A stretch of 64,000 nt of DNA. It comes from Cenarchaeum sp. Lineage in GTDB: Archaea; Thermoproteota; Nitrososphaeria; Nitrososphaerales; Nitrosopumilaceae. The notes below the pieces were generated by a model. It did not search any database. It worked only from the letters and a program-made list of their open reading frames with translations, and was not told the origin of the DNA. Positions 10,072-19,657 of the stretch are shown here, in pieces (position 1 is the first letter of the stretch; each line of letters starts with the position of its first letter). Where the stretch lies: the NCBI GenBank assembly GCA_965206845.1, contig OZ242221.1, positions 352,001 through 416,000 on the forward strand. Reading direction: 5' to 3'. Position numbers and translations under genes: made by a program.

Positions 10072-10400
10072 GCGTAGGTGTGCTTCCACGGCATCGAGAC
10101 GCCGTGCATGTCGAAGAGCTTCTTTATCGGCTTGAAGTAGTTGCCAAAGGAGACTGGGTTGAGGTAGCCGGGGCCGTCCCTCGGGAGCTCAGTCCGCTTC
10201 CGCAGCTTGCCCGAGAGGTTTAGCAGTAGGCCGCGCGTCCACCCCGGCTTCTCCCGCCCGACTTTACGAGCCGGGCCACCCGCTCCTTAACCGTCCCCTC
10301 CAGGATCTCTTCCAGGAACCCGCAGACGACCTTCCGGAGCGTCCTCGTGTACTTCTCCCGCGTCTCGGGCGCGCGCATCCCCTGCGCGAAGAGCTTGAGA
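10072..10400 (-). pseudogene. Truncated, frameshifted thaumarchaeal-type integrase (N-terminal part only)
   Basis: Manual translation gives LKLFAQGMRAPETREKYTRTLRKVVCGFLEEILEGTVKERVARLVK, then after a frameshift EKPGWTRGLLLNLSGKLRKRTELPRDGPGYLNPVSFGNYFKPIKKLFDMHGVSMPWKHTYATFP. This resembles N-termini of Nitrosopumilus tRNA-linked integrases (from recall). No catalytic domain; boundaries approximate. Confidence 0.65.
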
Positions 10401-10493
10401 GAGGGGGCGCGTCCTCCGACCGTGCCGTCTCGCCTCTTCTGGGCCTCGCGCCTTTTTTTGCATTGCAGGTCTGTGCAAGTTGCCTGAATAAGG

Positions 10494-10586
10494 TGGACCG
10501 GATGGGATTTGAACCCATGACCCTTGCGGGGTGCAGTACCCTTACGCAGTGTGAGTGCGTCATCCTAACCACTAGACAACCGGTCC
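10494..10586 (-). tRNA. tRNA-Val(CAC) with a 20-nt non-canonical intron
   Basis: Acceptor GGACCGG/CCGGTCC-A, D arm GTCT-AGTGGTTA-GGAT, anticodon arm ACGCA-CTCACAC-TGCGT, T arm ATGGG-TTCAAAT-CCCAT; 93 nt in total, 73 nt after intron removal. Confidence 0.92.
10523..10542 (-). other. tRNA intron at position 44/45 (BHB motif)
   Basis: AC-TGCG-[TAA]-GGGT...ACCC-CGCA-[AGG]-GT forms hBHBh'; cutting after the second bulge base restores the variable loop AGGTC. Confidence 0.8.
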
Positions 10587-10722
10587 GTCATTACTGTAAA
10601 AGAGCGGGCTTTTTTGTCTTTGTTTGTGTGGTACGGAACCGCCTGCCTTACATGGCGCAAGAACCCTCCGGGATGCAGATTACGTAGTGCCAAATGCAGG
10701 ATTTGAGCGCGCCCCCTGCAGG

Positions 10723-10890
10723 CTACTTTTTTATGCCCATGTTTCTGTTTTTGAGCCGCAGGTAGTTGCTGTGACACTTGCGGCACCTTGTGGCGTTGAT
10801 GTCGTTTCTTGCCCCGCAGTGGAAGCATATCTTGAGGTGCAGCAGCGCCTTTTGGGCAATCTGCCTCTTTAATGGATCAGTTATGGGCAA
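10723..10890 (-). CDS. rpl40e: 50S ribosomal protein L40e (missing from the ORF track, 55 aa)
   Basis: Manual translation from TTG: MPITDPLKRQIAQKALLHLKICFHCGARNDINATRCRKCHSNYLRLKNRNMGIKK. Confidence 0.92.
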   Translation of the reverse strand: MPITDPLKRQIAQKALLHLKICFHCGARNDINATRCRKCHSNYLRLKNRNMGIKK

Positions 10891-10923
10891 TCTGAGTCAT
10901 CCTGCCGTACACTCTCTTTTAAC

Positions 10924-11838
10924 TTAATCGACGGACTCCAGCCTCTTTGCCAGCAGGTCCGGTACCTCCATCGGCCTTTTTGCCACAGGAACGCCTGCCT
11001 TGCCAAACATCGAGACCTTGGACTCGGCAGAGCCGTAGTTTCCGTACACGATGGCGCCGGCGTGTCCCATCCTCTTCTCCTTGGGCGCCGCCCTTCCCAC
11101 AATGTATGCCACCACTGGCTTTTTGAATCCCGTGTCGATGATCTCCTGGGCAAGCAGCTCCTCGGCATCTCCGCCTATCTCTCCCACTATGACCACTCCC
11201 CGCAGGTCAGGCATGTCCCTTACCATGGCAAAGGCGTCAAGCAGCCTTGTGCCGTTGACCGGATCCCCGCCCACCCCCAGGGTGATCATCTGGCCAAATC
11301 CCGATTGCGTCAGGCTGTGTGAGATCTCGTATAGTAGCGTCCCGCTCTTTGATATGACCGCAATGTCGCCTGCCTTGAACGGTCCGGCGGGCATGATCCC
11401 GATCTTGATCACCTCGGGGATGATCACGCCGGGGGTGTTGGGGCCGACGACTATGGCGTCGTGCCTCTTTGCCATCTCCAGCACCTCCAAGGAGTCCCTT
11501 ATCGGGACATGCTCTGGAATTGCAACCAGGAGCTTGATTCCCGCGTTCAGCGCGTCCCTGGCCGCATCAAGAAACAGCCTCGCCGGCACAAACACGGCAG
11601 ATATCTGGGCCCCGGTGGCCTCGACGGCGTCCCTGGCGTTGTCGTATATCGGAATCCCCTCAAAGGTCTGGCCCCCCTTGCCCGGCGTAACGCCGGCCAC
11701 AATGTTTGTGCCGTACTCCCTCATCAGCTGCGTGTGCCGCGATCCGAACCTTCCAGTGATTCCCTGAACGATCACGGGCTTTGCGCCATAGTCCGCGTCC
11801 CCGGGCCTTCCCCTCAGCAGATCAAATATCCGAGTCAT
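10924..11838 (-). CDS. sucD: Succinyl-CoA synthetase alpha subunit
   Basis: VQGITG, GVTPGKGG, VGPNTPG, phospho-His motif RMGHAGA. Confidence 0.95.
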   Translation of the reverse strand: MTRIFDLLRGRPGDADYGAKPVIVQGITGRFGSRHTQLMREYGTNIVAGVTPGKGGQTFEGIPIYDNARDAVEATGAQISAVFVPARLFLDAARDALNAGIKLLVAIPEHVPIRDSLEVLEMAKRHDAIVVGPNTPGVIIPEVIKIGIMPAGPFKAGDIAVISKSGTLLYEISHSLTQSGFGQMITLGVGGDPVNGTRLLDAFAMVRDMPDLRGVVIVGEIGGDAEELLAQEIIDTGFKKPVVAYIVGRAAPKEKRMGHAGAIVYGNYGSAESKVSMFGKAGVPVAKRPMEVPDLLAKRLESVD

Positions 11839-12938
11839 CCTGTCCCCCTCACCGCAGCGTCGATCGCGTCCTCCACTGTGTCATGAAGGCTTGTCTGGGT
11901 TCCCTCAAGCATCGCCCTTGCCGTCTCTGACTCGGCGCCCATCAGCCTGGCATGCGCCGGAACGCTGAGCAGGCGGTCGTCGTACGCCTTGACGAATGCC
12001 GATGCGACGGTGGTCGTCTTGACTATTCCGCCGTACAGGTTTATCAGAATCGCCTTTACCCCGTCCATCTTGCTTATCAGCATAAGGGCCCGGTAGACGG
12101 TCTCCGTTGTGGCGCCGCCTCCGACATCCAGGAAACACGCCGGCTTGCCGCCGCCGTCATGCAGCATATCAAGGGTGGACATCACCAGTCCCGCCCCGTT
12201 TCCAACCACAGCGATGTCCCCCCCAAGCTCCACCAGCGAGAACCCGCTCTTCTCTGCGGTCTCCTCCAGCTCCGAGACCTCCTGGTACTTGAGAAGCTCC
12301 GGGTGCCTGAACTTCGAGTTGTCGTCTGTTATCACCTTGCCGTCAAGCGCCATGACAGAGCCGTCGCCCAAGACCGCCAGGGGATTTATCTCTGCCAGCT
12401 CGGCCTCCTTCTCCACTGCGAGCCTTGAGAGCCTCTTTAGCATGTCTGCCAGACCGTCGGCAGTCCCTGCCTCCAGGCCCATCCTGGACGCCACGTCTGC
12501 TGCCATCTCCCCGTCCACGTTGCCGGTGCCCGCATCGATGATGATCTGGTCCTTCTGGGACTCGATGTCCACCCCGCCCTCAGATGATGCTATTATCGTG
12601 TAGCACCGCTTGCTGCGGTTCAGAAAGAGCGACAGGTAGAGTTCCCTCTTTATGTCGGCCATCTTCTCCAGCAGTACGGCCCTGGTCTTCTCTGACTTGA
12701 TGCTCATGTTCATAATCTGGGGGTACTTGGTCTCAAGCTCGCCGTTGTTGTGGCACACCTGGATTCCCCCCGCCTTGCCGCGTCCGCCTACCGGAACTTG
12801 GGCCTTGATGACAAAGGGGTAGCCCATCTCCTGCGCGTCCTTTCTTGCCTGCGCCACATCCGCAGACGTCCGGCCCTCCGGGATGCGGATGCCGTACTCC
12901 CCAAACAGCTCCTTTGCCTGGTACTCTAAGAGGCGCAT
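11835..12938 (-). CDS. sucC: Succinyl-CoA synthetase beta subunit
   Basis: MRLLEYQAKELF, KAQVPVGGRGKAGG, EINPL, GNGAGLVMSTLD, FLDVGGG. Confidence 0.95.
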   Translation of the reverse strand: MRLLEYQAKELFGEYGIRIPEGRTSADVAQARKDAQEMGYPFVIKAQVPVGGRGKAGGIQVCHNNGELETKYPQIMNMSIKSEKTRAVLLEKMADIKRELYLSLFLNRSKRCYTIIASSEGGVDIESQKDQIIIDAGTGNVDGEMAADVASRMGLEAGTADGLADMLKRLSRLAVEKEAELAEINPLAVLGDGSVMALDGKVITDDNSKFRHPELLKYQEVSELEETAEKSGFSLVELGGDIAVVGNGAGLVMSTLDMLHDGGGKPACFLDVGGGATTETVYRALMLISKMDGVKAILINLYGGIVKTTTVASAFVKAYDDRLLSVPAHARLMGAESETARAMLEGTQTSLHDTVEDAIDAAVRGTG

Positions 12939-12962
12939 TTGGTTTTGTTGCCGGATGGGCGC

Positions 12963-12969
12963 TTTATAA
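12963..12969 (-). promoter_or_regulatory. Archaeal TATA box for sucCD
   Basis: TTATAAA on the minus strand about 25 nt upstream of the sucC ATG. Confidence 0.55.
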
Positions 12970-12978
12970 CCTATAACA

Positions 12979-13314
12979 CTATTGCAGTTCCGCCTCTAGG
13001 AGCTCCGTGATCTTCTGAAACCGCTCCCTGCTCTTTCGGAGCAGCATTCGCGGGTAGTCGTCCACGGCATAGACGGACTGCTCGTCGATGGACGGGCGCA
13101 AGAGCCCGCCTGCCGTTATCCGCTGCTCCACGACGTAGCCCTCTGTCAGGGTGCATACGATCTCCTCGCACGAGTCCCCCTCCTCCTCCATGGTCTGCCG
13201 GTACAGCACGATGGGGATCCTGGTCTTTTGGACCGTCTCCGAGCCCCGCCTGAGCAGTTTCTCTAGGCGCTCGGCCTGCCACGAGTCCAGATTGATCTGT
13301 TTTGGCAATGACAT
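12979..13314 (-). CDS. Conserved hypothetical protein
   Basis: 111-aa ORF with protein-like composition, co-directional between ileS and sucC. Confidence 0.7.
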   Translation of the reverse strand: MSLPKQINLDSWQAERLEKLLRRGSETVQKTRIPIVLYRQTMEEEGDSCEEIVCTLTEGYVVEQRITAGGLLRPSIDEQSVYAVDDYPRMLLRKSRERFQKITELLEAELQ

Positions 13315-13356
13315 GCATGCACGGGGATCGTATTTATCTAAGAATGGACCGCGCGG

Positions 13357-16300
13357 CTACTCGACGGAGATGCGGATCTTCTGGCCGTCTATGTCGACCT
13401 GCTCGTACTCGCGGCAGACCTCCTCAAAGCTCACCTGCCTCACCCTGACCAGAAACCGGAGATCGTCTGCCCTTGCCCTGACCATCTCCAGCTGTTCTGG
13501 CTCCAGATCGAGGATCGATGCCACGTCCAGCACTGCCGTGGGGTTGTATCCCCTCTTCTTTCGCAGATCCTGCAGCCTTCTTGCCAGGTCCTTTACGAGT
13601 CCCCTAGCCACCATCTCCGGACTCCTGACGGTGGGGATCAGGACCGTGCAGCGATCCCGGCTGGCCGTGGCGTAGCCGTCCTGGGCATCAAAGCCCACGG
13701 TGACGTCGTCTGCCCCCAGCACCACGCTTTTGCACGCATCGAGAGAGAACTCGCCATTCTCGGCCAGTTCCCGCAGGATCTCGCGCGGGTCTGCCTTTGA
13801 GAATCCTGCCAGCAGGGCGGCCATGTGTTGCTTGGCTCTGGGGCCGATCCTCTTCCGGTCCAGCTGCAGTACGGGCATGACCGGCAGGCCAAGCTTCAGC
13901 ATCTCTGCCAGCCGGTCCAGCCCGGGGCTGCCTGTCAGCTCCACTATGGTGCACCTTTGCACGTTTAGCTGGGAGACCAGAAGATCCGCTAGCCGATCCA
14001 GCTTATCCTTCTGGCCAGGGGCCACGCAGACGATGGCCTCATCCAATGGCCACCGCCTCTTCAGCCTGCCGCTCATTCTCGCGGCAGCCGCCACCGAGAC
14101 TGCATCCCTCATCAGGGCAAAGGACTCCTCCAGGGGGTTGTCCTCCAAGGCGCCATCTGCCTGCGGCCAGCCATCCAGGAGTATGCTCTGCTCCCTGCCG
14201 GAGAGGCAGAGGTACAGGTACTCGCTGGTATAGGGGCACATCGGGTGAATCATGACATCCAGGGACTGGAGAGCCAGGCGCAGCACCGCGTATATGGCCA
14301 GCCGCCGATCCCTCTTTGAGCCGTCCTCGTCCCACAGCTCGCCCCTGGTAATCGGAATGTACGACTGGCTCAGCGTGTCAATGACAAACTCCTCTAGGGC
14401 CCTGGCCGACTCGTGGAACCTGCACCGGTCGTTGTTCCTGCTTACCCTCTTGATCAGCTTTTGAAGCCGGGAGAGGAGCCACATGTCAGGCGCCGTCAGG
14501 AGGCCGCGCTCTTCTGCCCAGCCCGTGTCGTACGAGTCATCAAACTTGTCATACTCGCTGTTCTGCTTGAAGTACAGGTGGAGGTTGTACAGGGTCGAGA
14601 GCACCTGGTATGGCCGGGACATCAGCTCCTCCGTGCTGAAGTTGAGCGCCTCTATGGGACTGGACTTCCACAAAAAGTAGAACCTCACCAGGTCCACCGG
14701 GTATTCCTGTAAAAGCTCCCGGGCGTCCAGCACGTTTCCCAGGCTCTTGCTCATCTTGTTTCCGTTCTTGTCAAGGACATGCCCCTGGAAAAGGAATGCG
14801 CTGTACGGCGACACTGGGGCGTCATTCAGTATCACGTTCTCCACTAGAAGCGTATACGCCCAGCCCCTGGTCTGGTCTATCCCCTCTGTGAAGAACGGCG
14901 CCGGAATGTGCCCCGAGTATGTTTCGTCGTCCAGCGACGAGTAGGGCGCCGAGCCGCTGTTGTGCCACGTGTCCAGGACGTAGGGCTCCCTCTGGGTGTC
15001 TGCGCTCCCGCATTTCTGGCAGTGCACCTTCACGCCGTCGATCCATGGGCGGTGCAGCTCAAAGTCTCTTCCGTCGGGCAGCTCGGCGGACGCCGCGACG
15101 ATCTCCTCTCTGGAGTAGAACCAGCTCCGGTGGCCGCACAGGCGGCAGCTCCAGACAGGGATCGGGCACCCCCAGAACCTCTCCCGGGATATGCACCACG
15201 GGTGCCGCTCCCTCACTATGCCCAGGAACCTGTTCCTTGGCTGCTCGTAAAAGTACTCGACTGCTTCGGCCGCCTCTATCGCCTTCTGGCCTAACCGGTC
15301 CAGCTTGTAGAACCAGCCCCTCCTTGCCAGCCACACGATCCGGTGGCGGGAGCGCCAGCAGAGGGGGTACTTGTGCTTGATCCTGCGTATGCTCACAAGG
15401 GAGCCGCCACTCTCAAGGTCGTCCACTATCCTCTGATCTGCGTCCCGGACAAACAGGCCCGCATACTCGCCTGCCTCCCGGGTGAACCTGACCTCGTCGT
15501 CTATGGGGTTGAAGACGCGCACGCCCCTCCTGTTTGCTATGCCGATATCCTCCTCGCCGTTGGCAGGCGAGAGGTGTACCAGGCCGCTGCCTGCGCCGAC
15601 ATCCACAAACTCCTCGGATACGGCGGTGTGGTAGCCCGGCTCCCGGGACAGCTCGCGCAGTTTCGGGATCCGATCCAGCAGTGGATGTATGTACCTCCTT
15701 CCCTCAAGGTCTGCTCCCGTGACGGTCCGGAGCACGGTGTGCTCCCCTATGCGGGCCTCCTGGAGAAACTCCTCCAGCCTCGTGGCGCCGACTATCCATG
15801 TCTGGTCCCCTGTCCGGATGTAGTGGTACTTCTCCCGGGGGTGGAGTCCCACCATTGCGTCAGTGACCAGCGTGAACGGCATCGTGGTCCACACCACAAG
15901 GTACGCGTCCTCATCAGCAAGCTTCACCTTGTAGTACAGGGAAGGGTCCTCCACCTCCTCGTATCCCTGGTTCACCTCGGCGTGGCTCAGCGAGGTCTGA
16001 CACGAGGGGCAGTATGCGATTACGGTGTAGTCATCCTCCAATATGCCGGTCTCGTTTGCTCGCTTGAGAAACTGCCACTCGCGCTGTATGTAACCGTCAA
16101 GAAACGTCCAGTAGGCCCCGTCGTGGTTGAGTGACATTCCCAGCAGGTTATCTGCCTCGATCCACTTCTGGCTGTACCTGTCCACCAAATCCTTGCACCT
16201 AGCCACCAGGTTCCGGATGCCCACCTTCTCCACCATCTCGCTCTTGCCGCCGGTGACGCCCATCTCCTTTTGCGCCTGCAGCTCCACGGGGAGCCCCTGG

Positions 16301-16554
16301 GTGTCCCAGCCGGCGTTGAAGATCACCTTTTTGCCCTGCAGGACGTTGTACCGGTACCACAGATCCTTGATGACCCGACCCCTCAGGTGGCCGGCATGCG
16401 GGATGCCGTTCATCGTGGGCGGGCCCTCGATGAACATAATCTCCTGATCCTTGGCGTCGGACTCGCGGATCATCCTGTGCAGATCCAGGCCGGAGTTGCG
16501 CTCCCTTATCAGGGACTCGATCCTCTTAAAGTCAAGCTCCCCCGAGAGATCCAT
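13357..16554 (-). CDS. ileS: Isoleucine--tRNA ligase
   Basis: EGPPTMNGIPHAGH (HIGH), GWDTQGLPVE, WTTMPFTL, WCISRERFWG, EGIDQTRGW, KMSKS; start placed at MDLSGELDF (16554). Confidence 0.95.
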   Translation of the reverse strand: MDLSGELDFKRIESLIRERNSGLDLHRMIRESDAKDQEIMFIEGPPTMNGIPHAGHLRGRVIKDLWYRYNVLQGKKVIFNAGWDTQGLPVELQAQKEMGVTGGKSEMVEKVGIRNLVARCKDLVDRYSQKWIEADNLLGMSLNHDGAYWTFLDGYIQREWQFLKRANETGILEDDYTVIAYCPSCQTSLSHAEVNQGYEEVEDPSLYYKVKLADEDAYLVVWTTMPFTLVTDAMVGLHPREKYHYIRTGDQTWIVGATRLEEFLQEARIGEHTVLRTVTGADLEGRRYIHPLLDRIPKLRELSREPGYHTAVSEEFVDVGAGSGLVHLSPANGEEDIGIANRRGVRVFNPIDDEVRFTREAGEYAGLFVRDADQRIVDDLESGGSLVSIRRIKHKYPLCWRSRHRIVWLARRGWFYKLDRLGQKAIEAAEAVEYFYEQPRNRFLGIVRERHPWCISRERFWGCPIPVWSCRLCGHRSWFYSREEIVAASAELPDGRDFELHRPWIDGVKVHCQKCGSADTQREPYVLDTWHNSGSAPYSSLDDETYSGHIPAPFFTEGIDQTRGWAYTLLVENVILNDAPVSPYSAFLFQGHVLDKNGNKMSKSLGNVLDARELLQEYPVDLVRFYFLWKSSPIEALNFSTEELMSRPYQVLSTLYNLHLYFKQNSEYDKFDDSYDTGWAEERGLLTAPDMWLLSRLQKLIKRVSRNNDRCRFHESARALEEFVIDTLSQSYIPITRGELWDEDGSKRDRRLAIYAVLRLALQSLDVMIHPMCPYTSEYLYLCLSGREQSILLDGWPQADGALEDNPLEESFALMRDAVSVAAAARMSGRLKRRWPLDEAIVCVAPGQKDKLDRLADLLVSQLNVQRCTIVELTGSPGLDRLAEMLKLGLPVMPVLQLDRKRIGPRAKQHMAALLAGFSKADPREILRELAENGEFSLDACKSVVLGADDVTVGFDAQDGYATASRDRCTVLIPTVRSPEMVARGLVKDLARRLQDLRKKRGYNPTAVLDVASILDLEPEQLEMVRARADDLRFLVRVRQVSFEEVCREYEQVDIDGQKIRISVE

Positions 16555-16645
16555 ATGTGGGTGAAGGAGGCAGATGACATTATGAAAGTATGGATTTTGG
16601 GCTTGCGCCAGTTGTTTTAAATTTTGAATGTGCACATATGCCGTG

Positions 16646-16940
16646 ATGCTAAACCCACAGCAGATCCTGGAGAAAAAGCCACGCCGTTTGGCCTTGTCGT
16701 GGCCGGCGTGGCGGGCATCCTCATGGCGCCAGTCATCGCCCCGCACATATTTCACGGATTCCACATGGTCCACATAGCGCTGCATGCGGCGGCGTCGTCC
16801 TGACCGCATTCCTGTCTGCGCTGGGAATCACAGCATACGCCAGACTGCGGACAAAGAGGATGATGCTGACGGCTGCAGGGTTCCTGGTGTTTGTTGCGGC
16901 CGAATCGATGATGTCTTTGGCTCCCTCTAGGGCCGCATAA
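16646..16940 (+). pseudogene. Frameshifted, truncated small membrane protein
   Basis: Consecutive frames give PFGLVVAGVAGILMAPVIAPHIFHGFHMVHIALH, then GGVVLTAFLSALGITAYARLRTKRMMLTAAGFLVFVAAE, i.e. TM helices split by indels. Confidence 0.5.
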
Positions 16941-16975
16941 CTTCGATTATATACGCGCCCGCCCACAGTACTGCA

Positions 16976-18250
16976 TTGGCCAATGTCCTGGTGGTGGGAT
17001 CCGGAGGCAGGGAACACGCCCTCTCTTGGAAGCTGTCCCAGAGCAGTGCGGTCGATACCGTGTTTATCGCTCCGGGAAACGGCGGAACCCGGGACAACGT
17101 GTTCGTAGCCGCCGAGGACATCGGTGGTCTGGCAGGCTTTGCAGAGAAGAACGACTGCTTTACCGTGGTAGGCCCCGAGGTGCCCCTGTCCATGGGTATT
17201 GTCGACCTGTTCCGCCGGAGGAACCTGGAGATCTTCGGGCCCACGGGGGGCTCCGCGCAGCTCGAGTCCAGCAAGATCTGGGCAAAGCAGTTCATGAAGA
17301 GGAACGGCATCCCCACTGCGGGGTTTGAGGTGTTTGATGACAGGAAAGAGGCGCTAGAGTACGTGGCTAGCACGCCGCACCAGGTGGTCGTAAAGGCCGA
17401 CGGGCTGGCAGCCGGAAAGGGCGTGTTTGTGTGCTCTGATGCGGCAGGGGCAGGGGATGCCGTGGATGCCATACTGGGCAGAAATGTGTTCGGGCGGGCG
17501 GGCAGCCGCATAGTGGTGGAGGAGAGGATCGACGGCGTCGAGGCGTCGTACATCGCCCTGTGCGACGGCGACACCGTGGTGCCCATGGCGACCAGCCAGG
17601 ATCACAAGAGGATATACGACGGGGACAGGGGTCCGAACACCGGCGGCATGGGGGCCTACTCGCCCACGCCGGCGGTGGATGCAGAGATTGCGGCGAAGAT
17701 CCAGAGCCGGATCATAGAGCCCACCGTCTCTGCCATGAAGGGCCTCGGCCTCCCATTCCAGGGATTCCTCTATGCCGGAATAATGGTAAAGGACGGGGAG
17801 CCGTACGTGCTGGAGTTCAACACCAGGATGGGCGATCCCGAGTGCCAGCCGATTGTCATGAGAATGGACTTTGACCTCTACGAGTACCTGCTTGAGTGCT
17901 CCCGGGGCAGGCTGTCCCGGCTCCCTGCCCCGCGCTGGAAGAGCCAGAGCGCTGTGTGCGTCGTGCTGGCATCCCGCGGATACCCGGGGAAGTACCCCAA
18001 GGGCGAGGAGATAACGGGTCTTGGGGAGGTACGCGACGGCATGGTGTTTCACGCTGGAACCCGGAGGGACTCGGGCCGGGTTCTGACCACCGGCGGCAGG
18101 GTGCTGGGCGTGACAGCTCTGGGCTCGGATCTGAGGGATGCGGTGTCGCGGGCGTACTCGATGGCAGACAAGATACGCTGGCCACACAAGCACTGCCGGA
18201 CGGACATTGGGAGTTGGGGCCTGTCCGGCGCGGATCAGGCCGCCCTGTGA
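16976..18250 (+). CDS. purD: Phosphoribosylamine--glycine ligase
   Basis: VGSGGREHAL, KADGLAAGKGV, QDHKRIYDGDRGPNTGGMGAY, EFNTRMGDPE. Confidence 0.95.
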   Translation: MANVLVVGSGGREHALSWKLSQSSAVDTVFIAPGNGGTRDNVFVAAEDIGGLAGFAEKNDCFTVVGPEVPLSMGIVDLFRRRNLEIFGPTGGSAQLESSKIWAKQFMKRNGIPTAGFEVFDDRKEALEYVASTPHQVVVKADGLAAGKGVFVCSDAAGAGDAVDAILGRNVFGRAGSRIVVEERIDGVEASYIALCDGDTVVPMATSQDHKRIYDGDRGPNTGGMGAYSPTPAVDAEIAAKIQSRIIEPTVSAMKGLGLPFQGFLYAGIMVKDGEPYVLEFNTRMGDPECQPIVMRMDFDLYEYLLECSRGRLSRLPAPRWKSQSAVCVVLASRGYPGKYPKGEEITGLGEVRDGMVFHAGTRRDSGRVLTTGGRVLGVTALGSDLRDAVSRAYSMADKIRWPHKHCRTDIGSWGLSGADQAAL

Positions 18251-18807
18251 TCGGTCCTAAAGGCGCCATTCTCTGTTGCCACCCAGTGCACCCTCATGTC
18301 GTGCCCGTCAAACGGGATCGACTCCACAACCTGCAGCCGGTACGCGACTGCAATTGATGTGGCACCCGAGCCGCCAAGAAACCGGTCATAGTACCCGTGG
18401 CCATATCCCAGCCGGTGGCCGTCAGGGGCAACCCCCACGGCCGGCACAACGACCACGTCCATATCGCAGCATGTTGGGCATCTCTCCTTGGGCACCATGA
18501 TGCCAAACCGCCCCATCTCCAAGTCCTCCGGCCCGCCCACCGCGCAAAACACCATGTCGTCCCCGAGTATCCTGGGCAGCAGCACCTGCACCCCTCGGGA
18601 TATGGCATCTCGCATGATCTCCTGGGTCTGCACCTCGCTTCCCACGGGATGGTACAGGGCCATCCTGCGGGCCCGGGAGAACGCATCAATGCCATTCAGG
18701 CTGGAGTGTATCTTTTTGCTTGCGATCCTGGCATAGTCCGCAGGTATGGCGTTGCGCCTTTGCAGGAGGATCCGGCGGAGGGATTCCTTTGACGTGCTAT
18801 CTGCCAG
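18235..18807 (-). CDS. 5-formyltetrahydrofolate cyclo-ligase (probable CTG start)
   Basis: VVPAVGVAPDGHRLGYGHGYYDRFL, HDMRVH; the frame stays open upstream of ATG 18663 and encodes the typical KESLRRILLQRR N-terminal helix. Confidence 0.85.
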   Translation of the reverse strand: MADSTSKESLRRILLQRRNAIPADYARIASKKIHSSLNGIDAFSRARRMALYHPVGSEVQTQEIMRDAISRGVQVLLPRILGDDMVFCAVGGPEDLEMGRFGIMVPKERCPTCCDMDVVVVPAVGVAPDGHRLGYGHGYYDRFLGGSGATSIAVAYRLQVVESIPFDGHDMRVHWVATENGAFRTDHRAA

Positions 18808-19657
18808 CCCGGGCCAGCTCCGCTGCTGCGACCGTGTTTCTCAAAAGCATCGCAACCGTCATGGGCCCGACTCCCCCGGGAACCGGCGTGACTAGGGACG
18901 CCTTTTGTATCACGTCCTCATAATCCGCATCGCCTGCGAGCCTTCCCTCGTGTCTTGTTATTGCCACATCGATTATCACCGCCCCGTCCTTTATCATGTC
19001 CCGGGTCAGCAGGAACTTTGCCCTGTTGCCCACTGCCGTGACTATGACGTCAGCCAGGCGCGTATGCCGTGCCAGATCTTTGGTCTTTGAGTGGCAGGTG
19101 GTCACGGTCGCGTCCCGGGCCAGCAGCATGTGGTACAGCGGCCTTCCGATCAGGTTGCTGCGGTTTATCACCACCACATGCCTGCCCCGGAGATCGACGT
19201 TGTGGTAGTCCAGCATCCTCATGATTCCCGAGGGCGTGCACGCAGCAAACGGCGCCCTGCCCATCGAGAGCAGGCCTGCGCTGCTCGGGGTCAGGCCGTC
19301 CACGTCCTTTGAGGGCAGCATTTTAGATATGATCTCAAAGCTGTCCAGGTGATCCGGCAGTGGCAGCTGCACCAGTATTCCGTGAACCCGGTCGTTGCAG
19401 TTGAGCGAGTCCACCAGCCTGCCAAGCTCCTCCTGCGTGATCGAGGCGGAAAGGCGGTGATCATCTGTTGCAATCCCGGCCTCCTGGCACGCCTTGTGCT
19501 TGTTTCTGACATATGTAGCCGAGGCCGGATCGTCTCCCACCAGTATGGTCGCAAGGCAGGGCAGGATGCCCTCGCGCTTTAGCGCGTCAACGGCCTCCTT
19601 TACCTCGAGCCTCACCGACTGCGCAATCACCTTGCCGTCAATCTTGCCGCCACTCAA
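18797..19657 (-). CDS. folD: Bifunctional methylenetetrahydrofolate dehydrogenase/cyclohydrolase
   Basis: IDGKVIA, YVRNKHKAC, GILVQLPLP, KDVDG, TPVPGGVGPMT; start TTG 19657 or ATG 19675. Confidence 0.95.
   Translation of the reverse strand: MSGGKIDGKVIAQSVRLEVKEAVDALKREGILPCLATILVGDDPASATYVRNKHKACQEAGIATDDHRLSASITQEELGRLVDSLNCNDRVHGILVQLPLPDHLDSFEIISKMLPSKDVDGLTPSSAGLLSMGRAPFAACTPSGIMRMLDYHNVDLRGRHVVVINRSNLIGRPLYHMLLARDATVTTCHSKTKDLARHTRLADVIVTAVGNRAKFLLTRDMIKDGAVIIDVAITRHEGRLAGDADYEDVIQKASLVTPVPGGVGPMTVAMLLRNTVAAAELARAGR

Noticed and set aside
13357-16809. Long N-terminal extensions on ileS, folD and purN in the ORF track
   Set aside because: Artefacts of taking the first possible start codon; family homology begins at downstream starts.
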